Shown here in pieces: positions 33,932-42,605 of a DNA stretch of 43,575 nt. The position numbers and the translations under genes were made by a program. The stretch spans positions 1 to 43,575 of the forward strand of contig QKDT01000015.1 of NCBI GenBank assembly GCA_003251995.1, written 5' to 3'. The stretch is from Desulfovibrio desulfuricans. Lineage in GTDB: Bacteria > Desulfobacterota > Desulfovibrionia > Desulfovibrionales > Desulfovibrionaceae. The notes under the pieces were generated by a model. It made no database searches. It was not told where the DNA came from and saw only the letters and a list, made by a program, of their open reading frames with translations. The number at the start of each line of letters is the position of its first letter. Position 1 is the first letter of the stretch.

Positions 33932-34976
33932 TTGCCGATTTATCGGGCGCGAAGGGTGTGATCTTCGCGCCCTTTCTTTTTGCAAAAACTTGTTGGATTT
34001 TTTCTGGTTGCACACCAAGGCTCTTGATATACCTCGCCGTTGTGTTCGGGTTTTTGTGCCGGAGCATGGTCTGCACCTCTGGCAGACTCATTTCTCCGCT
34101 GTATGACATAATGGTTGCAGCAAGGTGCCGGATGGCGTGTAGTCCGAATGGCTTGACGCCTGCCTCTTTGCAGAGGTTTGGCATCATGTGCTGGCGGGCT
34201 GTGTACTCAAGGCCAGTGCGTTGACTGGTGAACACCGTGCCGCCCCGGGTGGTCAACCTCATGCTTGCCAACGCCTCCTTTAGTTCGTTGGTCATGGGCA
34301 ACCATGCGTATTCTATGCCCCCATGCGCGGTCTTTCGCGTGCCGATGCGTACTTGCTGGCGGTGAAAGTCCACATCCTCCCACCTGAGCCGAAACGCCTC
34401 AGCCTTTCTTGCACCTGTGTGTAGCAGGAACAGTAGAAAAACTTTGTCGATGGTATTTGCCACGTCATATACCCGCCAAAAGTCGGATTCAGGCGGTACA
34501 TAGCGTGGGCTCTGGTCGGCAGGGAATTTTTCTACGGTAGCAAATGGATTGAGCTGTGGAAGTTCGTAATACTTTCGACCCCACTCCCAGGCTGCGGCAA
34601 GGTTTTTGCGATCTTTATTCGCCGCGTTTCCTGATGTGTGCAGTGCCACCTTGCGAAGCACAGCTAGAGCATCTTTCGGGGTAACTGTGTCTACGGGATG
34701 ATCTGGATTGAGCACTTTGAACAGATGCTTGAAGGCTAGTTTCTTTTCAACGATGGTTTTTTCTGACATCCTTTCGGATGCCATTTCCATATAGGCCGTG
34801 CAAAACTCAAGCAAGCAGGCCGTAAGGGTCTCGTTCTCGGCTTGTTTCCAGCTGTCGATGGTTTGCCCGGCCTCCCACATTTTTGCTTGTTGTTTGGTGT
34901 CGCAGGTCTTGGTTTTCACCTGCCCATGTATCATCCGTTTTGCCCGCCATTTCCCGTTGGGCATCAAATAAGGCAC
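33921..34976 (-). CDS. int: tyrosine integrase
   Basis: HTGARKAE, HAIRH, LRH...TTARY catalytic residues; adjacent to attP. Confidence 0.95.
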   Translation of the reverse strand: MPYLMPNGKWRAKRMIHGQVKTKTCDTKQQAKMWEAGQTIDSWKQAENETLTACLLEFCTAYMEMASERMSEKTIVEKKLAFKHLFKVLNPDHPVDTVTPKDALAVLRKVALHTSGNAANKDRKNLAAAWEWGRKYYELPQLNPFATVEKFPADQSPRYVPPESDFWRVYDVANTIDKVFLLFLLHTGARKAEAFRLRWEDVDFHRQQVRIGTRKTAHGGIEYAWLPMTNELKEALASMRLTTRGGTVFTSQRTGLEYTARQHMMPNLCKEAGVKPFGLHAIRHLAATIMSYSGEMSLPEVQTMLRHKNPNTTARYIKSLGVQPEKIQQVFAKRKGAKITPFAPDKSAIGT

Positions 34977-35130
34977 TGATATTACCCTCCTTTATTGCCT
35001 CTATGTGGTTTTCAGAGAACCTGACGGTACAGCCATGAGCAGGCTGGAACCCCTTTAGCGCGTCTTTGTGTCGATACACCCAAGACGGCGAAACACCAAG
35101 CAGAGCGGCAACCTCACTCGCGGTCAGCAT
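34807..35130 (-). CDS. xis: excisionase-like HTH protein
   Basis: MLTASEVAALLGVSPSWVYR...VRF; upstream of and overlapping the int 5' end. Confidence 0.75.
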   Translation of the reverse strand: MLTASEVAALLGVSPSWVYRHKDALKGFQPAHGCTVRFSENHIEAIKEGNISALFDAQREMAGKTDDTWAGENQDLRHQTTSKNVGGRANHRQLETSRERDPYGLLA

Positions 35131-35620
35131 GGACAGCCCCGTATGCTGCGGTCAATGTTATGAGCAACTCGTCTAAGGCACATTCATTTTGATAAAAACT
35201 CCATAGGGTTTCATGCGAGTAAAGTTGTTCTACCTCAAACAACCACTCCCACGCCTCGACCTTTTCGCGCAGGGCGGAGTTTTCTTCCTCAGCCTTTCGC
35301 ATGGCTTCAAGACGCGCGCAAACATCACGATGGAACCAATTCTTTTCCTCAATGCCCATTTCGCGCATGAGCATGTAAATAGTCCAGCAATCGTCGCACG
35401 GTTCGGCCTTTGTCTTGACGGAATCCATGTCGCGCAGCATAGCTAAATGATCTTCCCGCAGCCTCCTGACCTCGGCGACCAGCGCGGGGACTGCGTTGCA
35501 AGCGGCGGCAGCGAATTTTGCACTGTCGTCTGCATCGTCATGGGCTGAATAATCGCCAGCACCCGCAGCGCAAGCCAACTCCTCCAGCCGCGCCAGTTCA
35601 GTTTCTTCAATATTGCTCAT
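35114..35620 (-). CDS. hypothetical protein (Ead/Ea22-like segment)
   Basis: GGAGG RBS; FAAAACNAVPALVAEVRRLR motif, coiled coil. Confidence 0.7.
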   Translation of the reverse strand: MSNIEETELARLEELACAAGAGDYSAHDDADDSAKFAAAACNAVPALVAEVRRLREDHLAMLRDMDSVKTKAEPCDDCWTIYMLMREMGIEEKNWFHRDVCARLEAMRKAEEENSALREKVEAWEWLFEVEQLYSHETLWSFYQNECALDELLITLTAAYGAVHADRE

Positions 35621-36126
35621 GCCGCCTCCCTCATCTGCCGTGGTTCTGCCGTATCCCAATCGTAGCGGTGTAGGGCCATGTAGATAGCGGTACCGCCCTC
35701 GTCACAGCCGGGGTGACGCGCCAGCAACATGCGGGCCAAGGTTTCGGCGGTGGTGTCTAGGTAGCCCCATTCGCGGGACTTGCCGTAGATTGGGCATGTG
35801 GCCTGCGCATCGTAGGACAGGATAAGGCCGACGAAGAATATTTCGGCCCAGCGCCGGAACTCGTCTTCTTTGCTCATGCCCCTTACTTCATCGATGTATG
35901 GAGCCAGCCGTGAAAATGCGCTTTCAAGATCGCGCCGCGCTCCGCTGACCATCTTTTTCTGGTTAACTATATCAAGGCACTGGATAGCCCACTTGCTGAT
36001 CTTGGCTATCTGGTCGGTTGCTTTCTTGTCCGTCATATATAACAGCAAAGGGGCAATGGATGCTTCAATGATGACCAAGGCGAGTTTTGCCTTCATCTGC
36101 TGGGCGCTTGGAATAGGTATAGGCAT
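35617..36126 (-). CDS. hypothetical protein
   Basis: 169-aa ORF with ATGA overlap to the next gene. Confidence 0.75.
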   Translation of the reverse strand: MPIPIPSAQQMKAKLALVIIEASIAPLLLYMTDKKATDQIAKISKWAIQCLDIVNQKKMVSGARRDLESAFSRLAPYIDEVRGMSKEDEFRRWAEIFFVGLILSYDAQATCPIYGKSREWGYLDTTAETLARMLLARHPGCDEGGTAIYMALHRYDWDTAEPRQMREAA

Positions 36127-36185
36127 ATCGTCTCACTTTTTCGTTTTTATGATCGTAAACGGGCTTTGGGCCGCAGGGTGCGCCG

Positions 36186-36551
36186 TTAGCCGATGGGTGG
36201 CGCAATGGGGCCAGCCCATTCTCCAACTGTTAGGCAAGTAACAAAAAAGTCGTTTGAATCTATGTATCCAAGATTGCCATTGCGTGAATAAACCTCACGT
36301 ATGCGCCCAATTTTTTTACCAACAGGTCGCCACCAATATTTACCTGCCACCTTCGGCGGCTCCGTTGTCCACGGCAGAGAGCGGGGAAGGGCGTTCCAGG
36401 CGGCGATGGCGGCTTCTATTGGATCATCATCACTAAAGCACGGACCGCCAACACTACAACGTTGGCACTTCATACAATAAACGCCGTTGTCCCAATCTAT
36501 TTCTATAATATCGCTGCCACATGCAGGGCAGGGCAAGATTACTTCTGGCAT
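36186..36551 (-). CDS. Lar-like restriction alleviation Zn-finger protein
   Basis: LPCPACGS...CQRC...GP...AIAAWN; AAGGAG RBS. Confidence 0.75.
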   Translation of the reverse strand: MPEVILPCPACGSDIIEIDWDNGVYCMKCQRCSVGGPCFSDDDPIEAAIAAWNALPRSLPWTTEPPKVAGKYWWRPVGKKIGRIREVYSRNGNLGYIDSNDFFVTCLTVGEWAGPIAPPIG

Positions 36552-36563
36552 GGCTGGTGCTCC

Positions 36564-37373
36564 TTATTTTTCAAAGCCGTTTAGGTAGGCTTGCCAGTAT
36601 GTTTCGGCTGTTTCACCTGCTGGATTCTTACAGCCTTCGATACGCTTCTTTTTCCACCAACGCTTGACGGCATGTTCAAATGCCTTCCACTGTCCGGGCC
36701 ACTTTTGCATTGAGATTGCCCGCTGCATAACGGCCCCAGGTGTTTTGCCAAAACTGTACGGGCAGCATATGCAGCCCACGCGGTGAAAGCCTTCATCGTA
36801 CAGTGATGGATATGGCAGGCCATATGCCTCGATAAATTCCCATACTGCCCATTCAGGCCACTGAAATATTGGGTGATAGTGGATGTGAACCTTGCGGCCC
36901 TTCTGCTCTTTTCCGCGCCCTTTGCGAATAACGCGCACATTGATGCGGCCACGTTCTGCACGCCCAGCACTTTCCTCTGCCCTGATGCCAAACAATCGGC
37001 TTTCAAGCGGAACATGCCAGCTTGGTTTCTCCTTGATATGGTCGCAGCACCAACGCTGCATGCGCAGGGGGGGGTTTTTTTCGCAACACAAGCGAAAAAA
37101 ACTCTTTGCTGGTCTCATCCATTGCACTTGCGGATAGTGTGCCCGTATGAACTTCACAACTTCTGGCGGGTCGATGGTGGTATACGTGTAAAACGCCTGA
37201 TGCCTCACACCCGCCAGCCTGCACAGTTGCAGTGTAGTAATGCTGTCCTTGCCGCCACTGAACCCCACGAAATATCCTTCTGGCGGTTCATTCTGGCGCA
37301 GGAAATCTATGCTCTCGCGGATGTAGTCGCCCAGGTCATAACCGGGCAACGAGGCTTGACGGATGGCAGACAT
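36564..37373 (-). CDS. PAPS-reductase-family protein (PP-loop, Fe-S)
   Basis: FSGGKDS, WCCDHIKEKP, GIRAEES..RA, HPIFQW, RVGCICCP. Confidence 0.9.
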   Translation of the reverse strand: MSAIRQASLPGYDLGDYIRESIDFLRQNEPPEGYFVGFSGGKDSITTLQLCRLAGVRHQAFYTYTTIDPPEVVKFIRAHYPQVQWMRPAKSFFRLCCEKNPPLRMQRWCCDHIKEKPSWHVPLESRLFGIRAEESAGRAERGRINVRVIRKGRGKEQKGRKVHIHYHPIFQWPEWAVWEFIEAYGLPYPSLYDEGFHRVGCICCPYSFGKTPGAVMQRAISMQKWPGQWKAFEHAVKRWWKKKRIEGCKNPAGETAETYWQAYLNGFEK

Positions 37374-37403
37374 CGTTATCCCTCCCCCGCAGCCACGGCC
37401 CGG

Positions 37404-37634
37404 CTACACATAAATACCGCCAAAGTTTTTTGCGAAATGCACACGCAGGCCAGCAATCGTGAGGCAGTAGCTGTAGAACTCTTTCCTCCACATAAAAAAT
37501 CGTGGAGCGAGAGCCACTGTGATTTTTGCTGAATAACCGTTGCCGTCACCAACAGTACCCACGCACCACATCATGCGAAACAAGCGCAGAACTTTGTTGT
37601 CACTGTCCCATCGGAACACTGTTTTAAATTTCAT
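37404..37634 (-). CDS. hypothetical protein
   Basis: 76-aa ORF with ATGA overlap; flanked by 15-bp direct repeats. Confidence 0.65.
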   Translation of the reverse strand: MKFKTVFRWDSDNKVLRLFRMMWCVGTVGDGNGYSAKITVALAPRFFMWRKEFYSYCLTIAGLRVHFAKNFGGIYV

Positions 37635-38257
37635 CCCTTCACCTCGCTATCAGCCACGGCCCGGCGGGCGGCTTCTTTCCATTCATAGGCGTTGGTGTGC
37701 CTGCAATGCTGCATTAGGCAATGTGATATGCTGCAATTTGCGTCATCAGTGCATTTGTCACTACAATGAACAGCGCACCGCTCAGCCAGCCAATCCACCA
37801 TTTTGGTCAGCCGCGCATTATCCTGAGAAACCTCGTGCATGTTGAAGCGTAACTGGATGCGTTCCCGCACTGCTCCGTCTGTCAGTTCCTCGGAAAGCAG
37901 CTCGTTCACGCGCTGTTGCAGCCGCACGTTCTCGGCCTCTGCCTTCTCGGCGCGGGCCTCAAGTATGCTGATGTTTTCCAGCATAGAATTCCTTCCATTT
38001 TTGTAGCGCAATGGAACAATTGGATTGTTTAATAGCTTTTCAGTGGGCCAAACGACACACAATGGCTTATTAGGATAACGGCAAGGATAGGCTTCATATT
38101 CCACAAGGCCATATATTGCGAAATGATGTATGAGCCCATTCAGTAGCATGCCACTTCTTGAGCCTATCTCAATCTTCTGTATCTCACTGAGCAGGCAAGC
38201 ATCTATACCATCAAATTCACAATCACAGCATGCATACATTTCAGGGGTGTCGCTCAT
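37631..38257 (-). CDS. hypothetical protein (coiled coil plus Cys-rich C-terminus)
   Basis: GGAGG RBS, ATGA overlap; 208 aa. Confidence 0.7.
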   Translation of the reverse strand: MSDTPEMYACCDCEFDGIDACLLSEIQKIEIGSRSGMLLNGLIHHFAIYGLVEYEAYPCRYPNKPLCVVWPTEKLLNNPIVPLRYKNGRNSMLENISILEARAEKAEAENVRLQQRVNELLSEELTDGAVRERIQLRFNMHEVSQDNARLTKMVDWLAERCAVHCSDKCTDDANCSISHCLMQHCRHTNAYEWKEAARRAVADSEVKG

Positions 38258-38457
38258 TTGCTGGCCTCCTCGATGATCGCCATGCTGATTGATTCATGCC
38301 CGTTGCGGAACATTATTGCTTCCATCTGCTCACTTGTCAGAGAGATACGCACGGTGCGGAATGATGGCGAATCGTTGCAATATACCATTGGCGAGTCGTC
38401 ACGAATAATGACGGTCAGCGTGTCTGGAGGAAGCTTTTTCATTTGCAGATCACTCAT
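38254..38457 (-). CDS. hypothetical protein
   Basis: GGGGAG RBS before ATG 38457 (MSDLQMKKLPP...). Confidence 0.65.
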   Translation of the reverse strand: MSDLQMKKLPPDTLTVIIRDDSPMVYCNDSPSFRTVRISLTSEQMEAIMFRNGHESISMAIIEEASK

Positions 38458-38640
38458 AAAATCTCCCCGCGTTTTCGGTATGCGCGGCCCACCGTGTGAG
38501 GTCATGGCTGAGAAAAATGTACCCGTGCCACATGCAACGACGACACGGGATTGGGGGACGCCGTTCTACCGATGCCCCGGATATTTGTTGATGGATGTTC
38601 CTTCAACCTTTAACCGGGTCGCCACGGCGTGCAGCGCGAG

Positions 38641-38667
38641 AATAAGAAAGCCGCCTCAGTGGGCGGC
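38641..38667 (-). terminator. intrinsic terminator
   Basis: GCCGCC-CACTGA-GGCGGC-TTTCTTATT on the minus strand. Confidence 0.6.
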
Positions 38668-38880
38668 GCGTTTCGCTATCGTGATTGAAAATGGCAGGAT
38701 GCATAGTGAGTAAAAAGTCAGCCTTTCCCCACGTTCTTTGCCGCAGAAAAACCGCCGATACTGTCCATCCAGAGTTATGCAGCCTAGCGGGCGATTCCAA
38801 CAGAACATGAAGGCAACGCCAACGCCGCGCACCTTAAACATCCAGCGCACATATTGCTCTGCGCGGTTAATCGTCAGCAT
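38656..38880 (-). CDS. hypothetical protein
   Basis: ATG 38880 overlaps the end of the upstream gene; MLTINRAEQYVRWMFKVRG...; ends in the terminator stem. Confidence 0.45.
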   Translation of the reverse strand: MLTINRAEQYVRWMFKVRGVGVAFMFCWNRPLGCITLDGQYRRFFCGKERGERLTFYSLCILPFSITIAKRAAH

Positions 38881-39268
38881 TGTCGGCGGTGTCGTCGGGA
38901 AGGGGGCGGATTTCATGTCGCTCAACGCAGTCGGAATCAGCATTCCCCAAAATCAGCACTACGACAGGTTGCGAAACGATGTCCCCAGCATCGTCTATAA
39001 AAATAGCTTTACGCCATTCACTTCCCCACAGTACCTCCACCTTCTGCCCCCACTCGTATTCCTGCGGCGGCTTGGGCGGCTCGTAGGGCTGCGACGTGCC
39101 GAGGAGGTGCGCGGTTTCCGGGGTGTAGGGGATGCAAAAACGCCATGCTATTGCTCCACACACATGCATATCTGCGGACTCGTGGCTGTAATGGTGTAAT
39201 CGCCATTCTTCTGTGTGGTGCATGCGCACCAGAACAAGCTGATCCGGCTCAAACTTGTGGGCAGTCAT
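38867..39268 (-). CDS. hypothetical protein (SH3/Tudor-like modules)
   Basis: GGAG RBS; FEPDQLVLVR...W..CIPY..ETAHLLGT motif common in phages. Confidence 0.75.
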   Translation of the reverse strand: MTAHKFEPDQLVLVRMHHTEEWRLHHYSHESADMHVCGAIAWRFCIPYTPETAHLLGTSQPYEPPKPPQEYEWGQKVEVLWGSEWRKAIFIDDAGDIVSQPVVVLILGNADSDCVERHEIRPLPDDTADNADD

Positions 39269-39402
39269 TTCCGTACTCCATACCATTCATGGCTAAAATT
39301 TGCGGCATTATCGCCGTTTATGCACAATTCTGGTCACTCCACAATTTCAGGCGACACCATCCAGATGCCGCCTGTCGTATGGGGTGAATGTGGGGGAGGG
39401 TG

Positions 39403-39818
39403 TTAAGCTGCCATTTGCGCATGAACTTGCCTGTGGTGAAGTGGACAGAGCCAAATTACCTCAAGCGGTTTGGAGTAATCAGGGTGGTGCGCATGAACAA
39501 AAGAAGCCCCGCAAATTTCGCAGGGCTTTTTATGTAGCGTTCCATTTCTTAGCGCATTGCGCACCGCTCTGTGGCCTTTACCCACTCTGGATGCCTTGTG
39601 CGTTGCCTTCGCAAGTCTTCATTGGTCATTCTGCTGCCACGATTTCTGTCGTATTCGCGGTAATAATCAACTTTTGCGCAACGGTTTACTCTAGTATCTG
39701 TCCTTGTGCATTCTTTGCACTTGCCAAGGTATCCATCCCCCATTTGGGGATGTTTATAAAATTCTGTGATGGGTTTTTCTTGGCCACATTTGAAGCATGT
39801 TTTTACGGGAGGTGTCAT
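39403..39818 (-). pseudogene. frameshifted Zn-finger/HNH-like protein
   Basis: N-half (KTCFKCGQEKPITEFY...CKEC) and C-half (HRAVRNALRNG..KKPCEICG...HAHHPDYSKPLEVIWLCPLHH) are in different frames; one C missing near 39572-39575 restores a single ORF. Confidence 0.75.
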
Positions 39819-39827
39819 GCTGCCCTC

Positions 39828-40313
39828 CTAATTAAAAGGCACGTCTTCCATGTTGGAGGCTTCTGAAGGAAAGCGAGGGCCTAAGTCGTCTTGAGCCTGT
39901 GGCGGCTGCTGCCTCTGGGCATTGCCCCTTGCCGCTGGCTGCTGCCGTGGTGCGCCCTGCGGCTGGTCTGCGCCGCCCTGTCCATCACCCTTGCGGTCAA
40001 GGAACTGCACGCGCTGGGCTTTGATCTCTGTCACATAGCGGTCTTGGCCTTGTTGGTCTTGGTATTTGCGAGTTGCGAGGCTCCCTTCGACATACACAAG
40101 GCTGCCTTTTTTGAGGAAGTTTGCGCAGTTTTCAGCCTGACGCTGGAAGCATGATATTTTATGCCACTCAACACGATCAACTTTGTTGCCATCCTGCCCG
40201 GTGTAACTTTCGTCTGTAGCGACAGAAAAGCTGCACACTGGCGAACCTGACTGCGTGTAACGAAGCTCTGGGTCTTTACCGAGCCTGCCTATTATCTGCA
40301 CTTTATTGAGCAT
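39828..40313 (-). CDS. ssb: single-stranded DNA-binding protein
   Basis: MLNKVQIIGRLGKDPELRYT...KGSLVYVEGSL; acidic tail DDLGPRFPSEASNMEDVPF. Confidence 0.97.
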   Translation of the reverse strand: MLNKVQIIGRLGKDPELRYTQSGSPVCSFSVATDESYTGQDGNKVDRVEWHKISCFQRQAENCANFLKKGSLVYVEGSLATRKYQDQQGQDRYVTEIKAQRVQFLDRKGDGQGGADQPQGAPRQQPAARGNAQRQQPPQAQDDLGPRFPSEASNMEDVPFN

Positions 40314-40893
40314 TTGCGCTCCTTACGCTATTTACAAGTTCAATGGCTTTTGCGTGCGCCAGTTTGCAACGTTCCTGTAACGCGCCGATGATTCCGGCAT
40401 TCGGTTCAACGCGCTTGATCATAAGTTGGTATTGCGCAGGGCAGCGGGGGTCGTAGCTGATGAAGTCAATCCACTTTAGCCCGAATATCCATAGGTAGCC
40501 TTGCACCTGGTATTCATATTCTGCGCAGTGTTCATCGAAGTGGAAAAGATGCTTCTGTGAGCTGCGCGGGCATTTAATTTCAATTCCGCCATCTGGCCCA
40601 ACAAGGCCGTCCATAGTGCCCCCAACATAGGGCAATTCTTTACTCACTCCAAAGCCGGACTCGCGGACGTCTGCAAGTGTTAGCCCAGCGTAGACAAACC
40701 GTGCGTTGTCTTCCTGCTCTTTTCCCCACTCAAGCGATTCTGCGGTTATTTCATCGTCACGGTCTGCATCGAGCAGATCAAGTGCAAGCTGCTCAATGTG
40801 TCGCATGGCAGTTTTTCCAAACGCTTCTTTTCCTTTACCGTGCGTCATCAAGTCGGGGAACGTGGACGCTGTGATGAATCCACGCCTAGGCAC
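40303..40893 (-). CDS. YqaJ / lambda-exonuclease family protein
   Basis: ITAS, WG.EQE..AR, DGLVG..GGIEIKCP, Y.YQVQG.LW, DFISYDPR. Confidence 0.92.
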   Translation of the reverse strand: MPRRGFITASTFPDLMTHGKGKEAFGKTAMRHIEQLALDLLDADRDDEITAESLEWGKEQEDNARFVYAGLTLADVRESGFGVSKELPYVGGTMDGLVGPDGGIEIKCPRSSQKHLFHFDEHCAEYEYQVQGYLWIFGLKWIDFISYDPRCPAQYQLMIKRVEPNAGIIGALQERCKLAHAKAIELVNSVRSANAQ

Positions 40894-41380
40894 TTTGCGC
40901 CTCTTCTATGAGCATTTTTGCCATGTCCGGCGCAACGCTGAAATATTTGCGTATGCCGTCAATGGTGTTTGTACCTTCGCGGATTGCCTTGACAGCCCCG
41001 GCCCACTTGGGGTGTTCCGGCGTAAGTTCAGGCAGTGTTACTTGCGGGATTTCGGGTCGAATGCGCAGGCAGTCCACCTCTTCGCCCTTGAGCTTTGTTT
41101 TGGTGACATACACGCGGATGTGCTTTCCAACCCACTGCTCAATGTATGGCGTGGCGTACAGCTTTGTGATTGTTTTGCAGTTAGTGCGATTTATGACCAT
41201 AGGCTTCTCACGCTCCGCGAAGTGCGCGACGGTGCATTCCTCTCCCTTACCTCCGCCCATCTGCACAAATTCGCGCACCACGTTTTTGATGGTGAGAATT
41301 TTTTCTTCACCGGGCTGGAAAGCGTATGCGCCGAGATAGTCAGGATTGCAGTACGTTTTCCAGTGCGTAAGCTTGTCCAT
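40886..41380 (-). CDS. putative single-strand annealing/recombination protein
   Basis: THWK...NPDYLGAY...KPM.IN.TN.K.I...IEQW.GK...LRIR; located in the exonuclease-SSB module. Confidence 0.65.
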   Translation of the reverse strand: MDKLTHWKTYCNPDYLGAYAFQPGEEKILTIKNVVREFVQMGGGKGEECTVAHFAEREKPMVINRTNCKTITKLYATPYIEQWVGKHIRVYVTKTKLKGEEVDCLRIRPEIPQVTLPELTPEHPKWAGAVKAIREGTNTIDGIRKYFSVAPDMAKMLIEEAQSA

Positions 41381-41454
41381 TGCCTACTCCTTTTGGTTAT
41401 ATTCAGCACACCCCGGCCCCGCCGTTGGGCAGTCTGCGACATGGCGGCACATAA

Positions 41455-41706
41455 CTACCTCCTCGGCGCTTGCTGTGCACCACTCCTGCGCTGATTGTTG
41501 TCCATACGGCATACCCAGCACAGTGACCGGCCCGGCTCGGCAGGCTCATTGCGGCACCGCTGGCATATGCCGCGCTCCTTGCACCATGCCTGTGTATCGG
41601 CGTAGTAGACCAGCATGTACCTGCGCTGTTTGTCGCGGCGCTGGTACACTGCGGCGTCAACATGGGCGCAGGCGGCGCGTATGTCCGTGCGGGTTACGCT
41701 GGTCAT
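41455..41706 (-). CDS. small Zn-finger protein
   Basis: GICQRC...PAEPGRSLCWVC; ATGA overlap. Confidence 0.65.
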   Translation of the reverse strand: MTSVTRTDIRAACAHVDAAVYQRRDKQRRYMLVYYADTQAWCKERGICQRCRNEPAEPGRSLCWVCRMDNNQRRSGAQQAPRR

Positions 41707-41903
41707 GCCTTGCCCTCGGCCTTGCTGATGGCGGATTTCACTTCTTCAATTACATGAAAATTGTCTGGAAAGTCATAATAACCAAACAATATTTCCAATG
41801 GATTGAGTGCGCTTATTAGAGCTGTTTTCATTTCACGAACAAGAATTGTTAGATCGCAATTTTTTGATTGTAGCTCTTCTATTTTGTCTATATCAGCCAT
41901 CAC
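41703..41903 (-). CDS. hypothetical protein
   Basis: Ends AISKAEGKA; overlapping starts and stops with neighbours. Confidence 0.65.
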   Translation of the reverse strand: MMADIDKIEELQSKNCDLTILVREMKTALISALNPLEILFGYYDFPDNFHVIEEVKSAISKAEGKA

Positions 41904-41957
41904 GCCCCCCTTGCCTTCTGGAACGCCTGCGCAACCTCGTCCATTGTCATCGGTGTT

Positions 41958-42119
41958 TTATGCGACATAAATACCACTACCCCTTGCCGCGTTAAAAGCC
42001 TGAACAACTTCTTCCATCGTCATGCACCATGCAATCACTGCGGGCCTGCCCATGAACTTGAACACGCACTTGATGGGCCGCAAACGGCGCTTGGTAGTGT
42101 TGAATCGCATTGTTGCCAT
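41958..42119 (-). CDS. hypothetical protein (53 aa; below the ORF-track cutoff)
   Basis: TGATG coupling, GAGGTG RBS; MATMRFNTTKRRLRPIKCVFKFMGRPAVIAWCMTMEEVVQAFNAARGSGIYVA. Confidence 0.55.
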   Translation of the reverse strand: MATMRFNTTKRRLRPIKCVFKFMGRPAVIAWCMTMEEVVQAFNAARGSGIYVA

Positions 42120-42460
42120 CACCGCACCTCGTATTCTGTGCAGACCTTGTGCACGGTTACAGCGATTGCCGTCTGGCCCTCAAGGGAATCTACCTCTGCC
42201 TTGTGTATGGCCCGCTGAGCTGTTGCCATGCTCACCCAATCGCCGTTGGTGAACAGCACATAGTCGCCGGGAGTAAGCTGCTCCATGTTTATTTCGCACC
42301 GCTCAACGTGCTGGCGGATGCGCTCGCCGTATTCCTTGGAGGCCTCAAGCTGTGCGCGGAGCTCGGCGTTCTCGTCACGCAGCCGGGACAGATCGTTGAA
42401 GTCGCATGATTCGGACGTAAACGGGATAACCTTTGCTGCCTGTTCGGTTGTAAGACTCAT
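42119..42460 (-). CDS. hypothetical coiled-coil protein
   Basis: GGGGG RBS before ATG 42460 (MSLTTEQAAKVIPF...). Confidence 0.7.
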   Translation of the reverse strand: MSLTTEQAAKVIPFTSESCDFNDLSRLRDENAELRAQLEASKEYGERIRQHVERCEINMEQLTPGDYVLFTNGDWVSMATAQRAIHKAEVDSLEGQTAIAVTVHKVCTEYEVR

Positions 42461-42485
42461 GGCGTACCCCCATGTTGTTGTGCGG

Positions 42486-42605
42486 CTATTTGCGCGTTCT
42501 GATGCCTGACGCGATTTCAAGGAGCAAAGTTTTGATCTCGTTCTTGCCCCAAGAATTTTTCGTTTCCAAAATCTCGTAAAAGAGCTTGAGTTGTTCCTGT
42601 GTCAT
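42486..42605 (-). CDS. small hypothetical protein (39 aa)
   Basis: GGGGGA RBS; MTQEQLKLFYEILETKNSWGKNEIKTLLLEIASGIRTRK. Confidence 0.6.
   Translation of the reverse strand: MTQEQLKLFYEILETKNSWGKNEIKTLLLEIASGIRTRK

Noticed and set aside
33874-34224. 116-aa + strand ORF at the att site
   Set aside because: Starts within the tRNA fragment and is antisense to the integrase.
36564-37373. Complete Dnd/Ssp phosphorothioation system
   Set aside because: Only a single PAPS-reductase-family gene; no desulfurase, DndD/E or Ssp partners.
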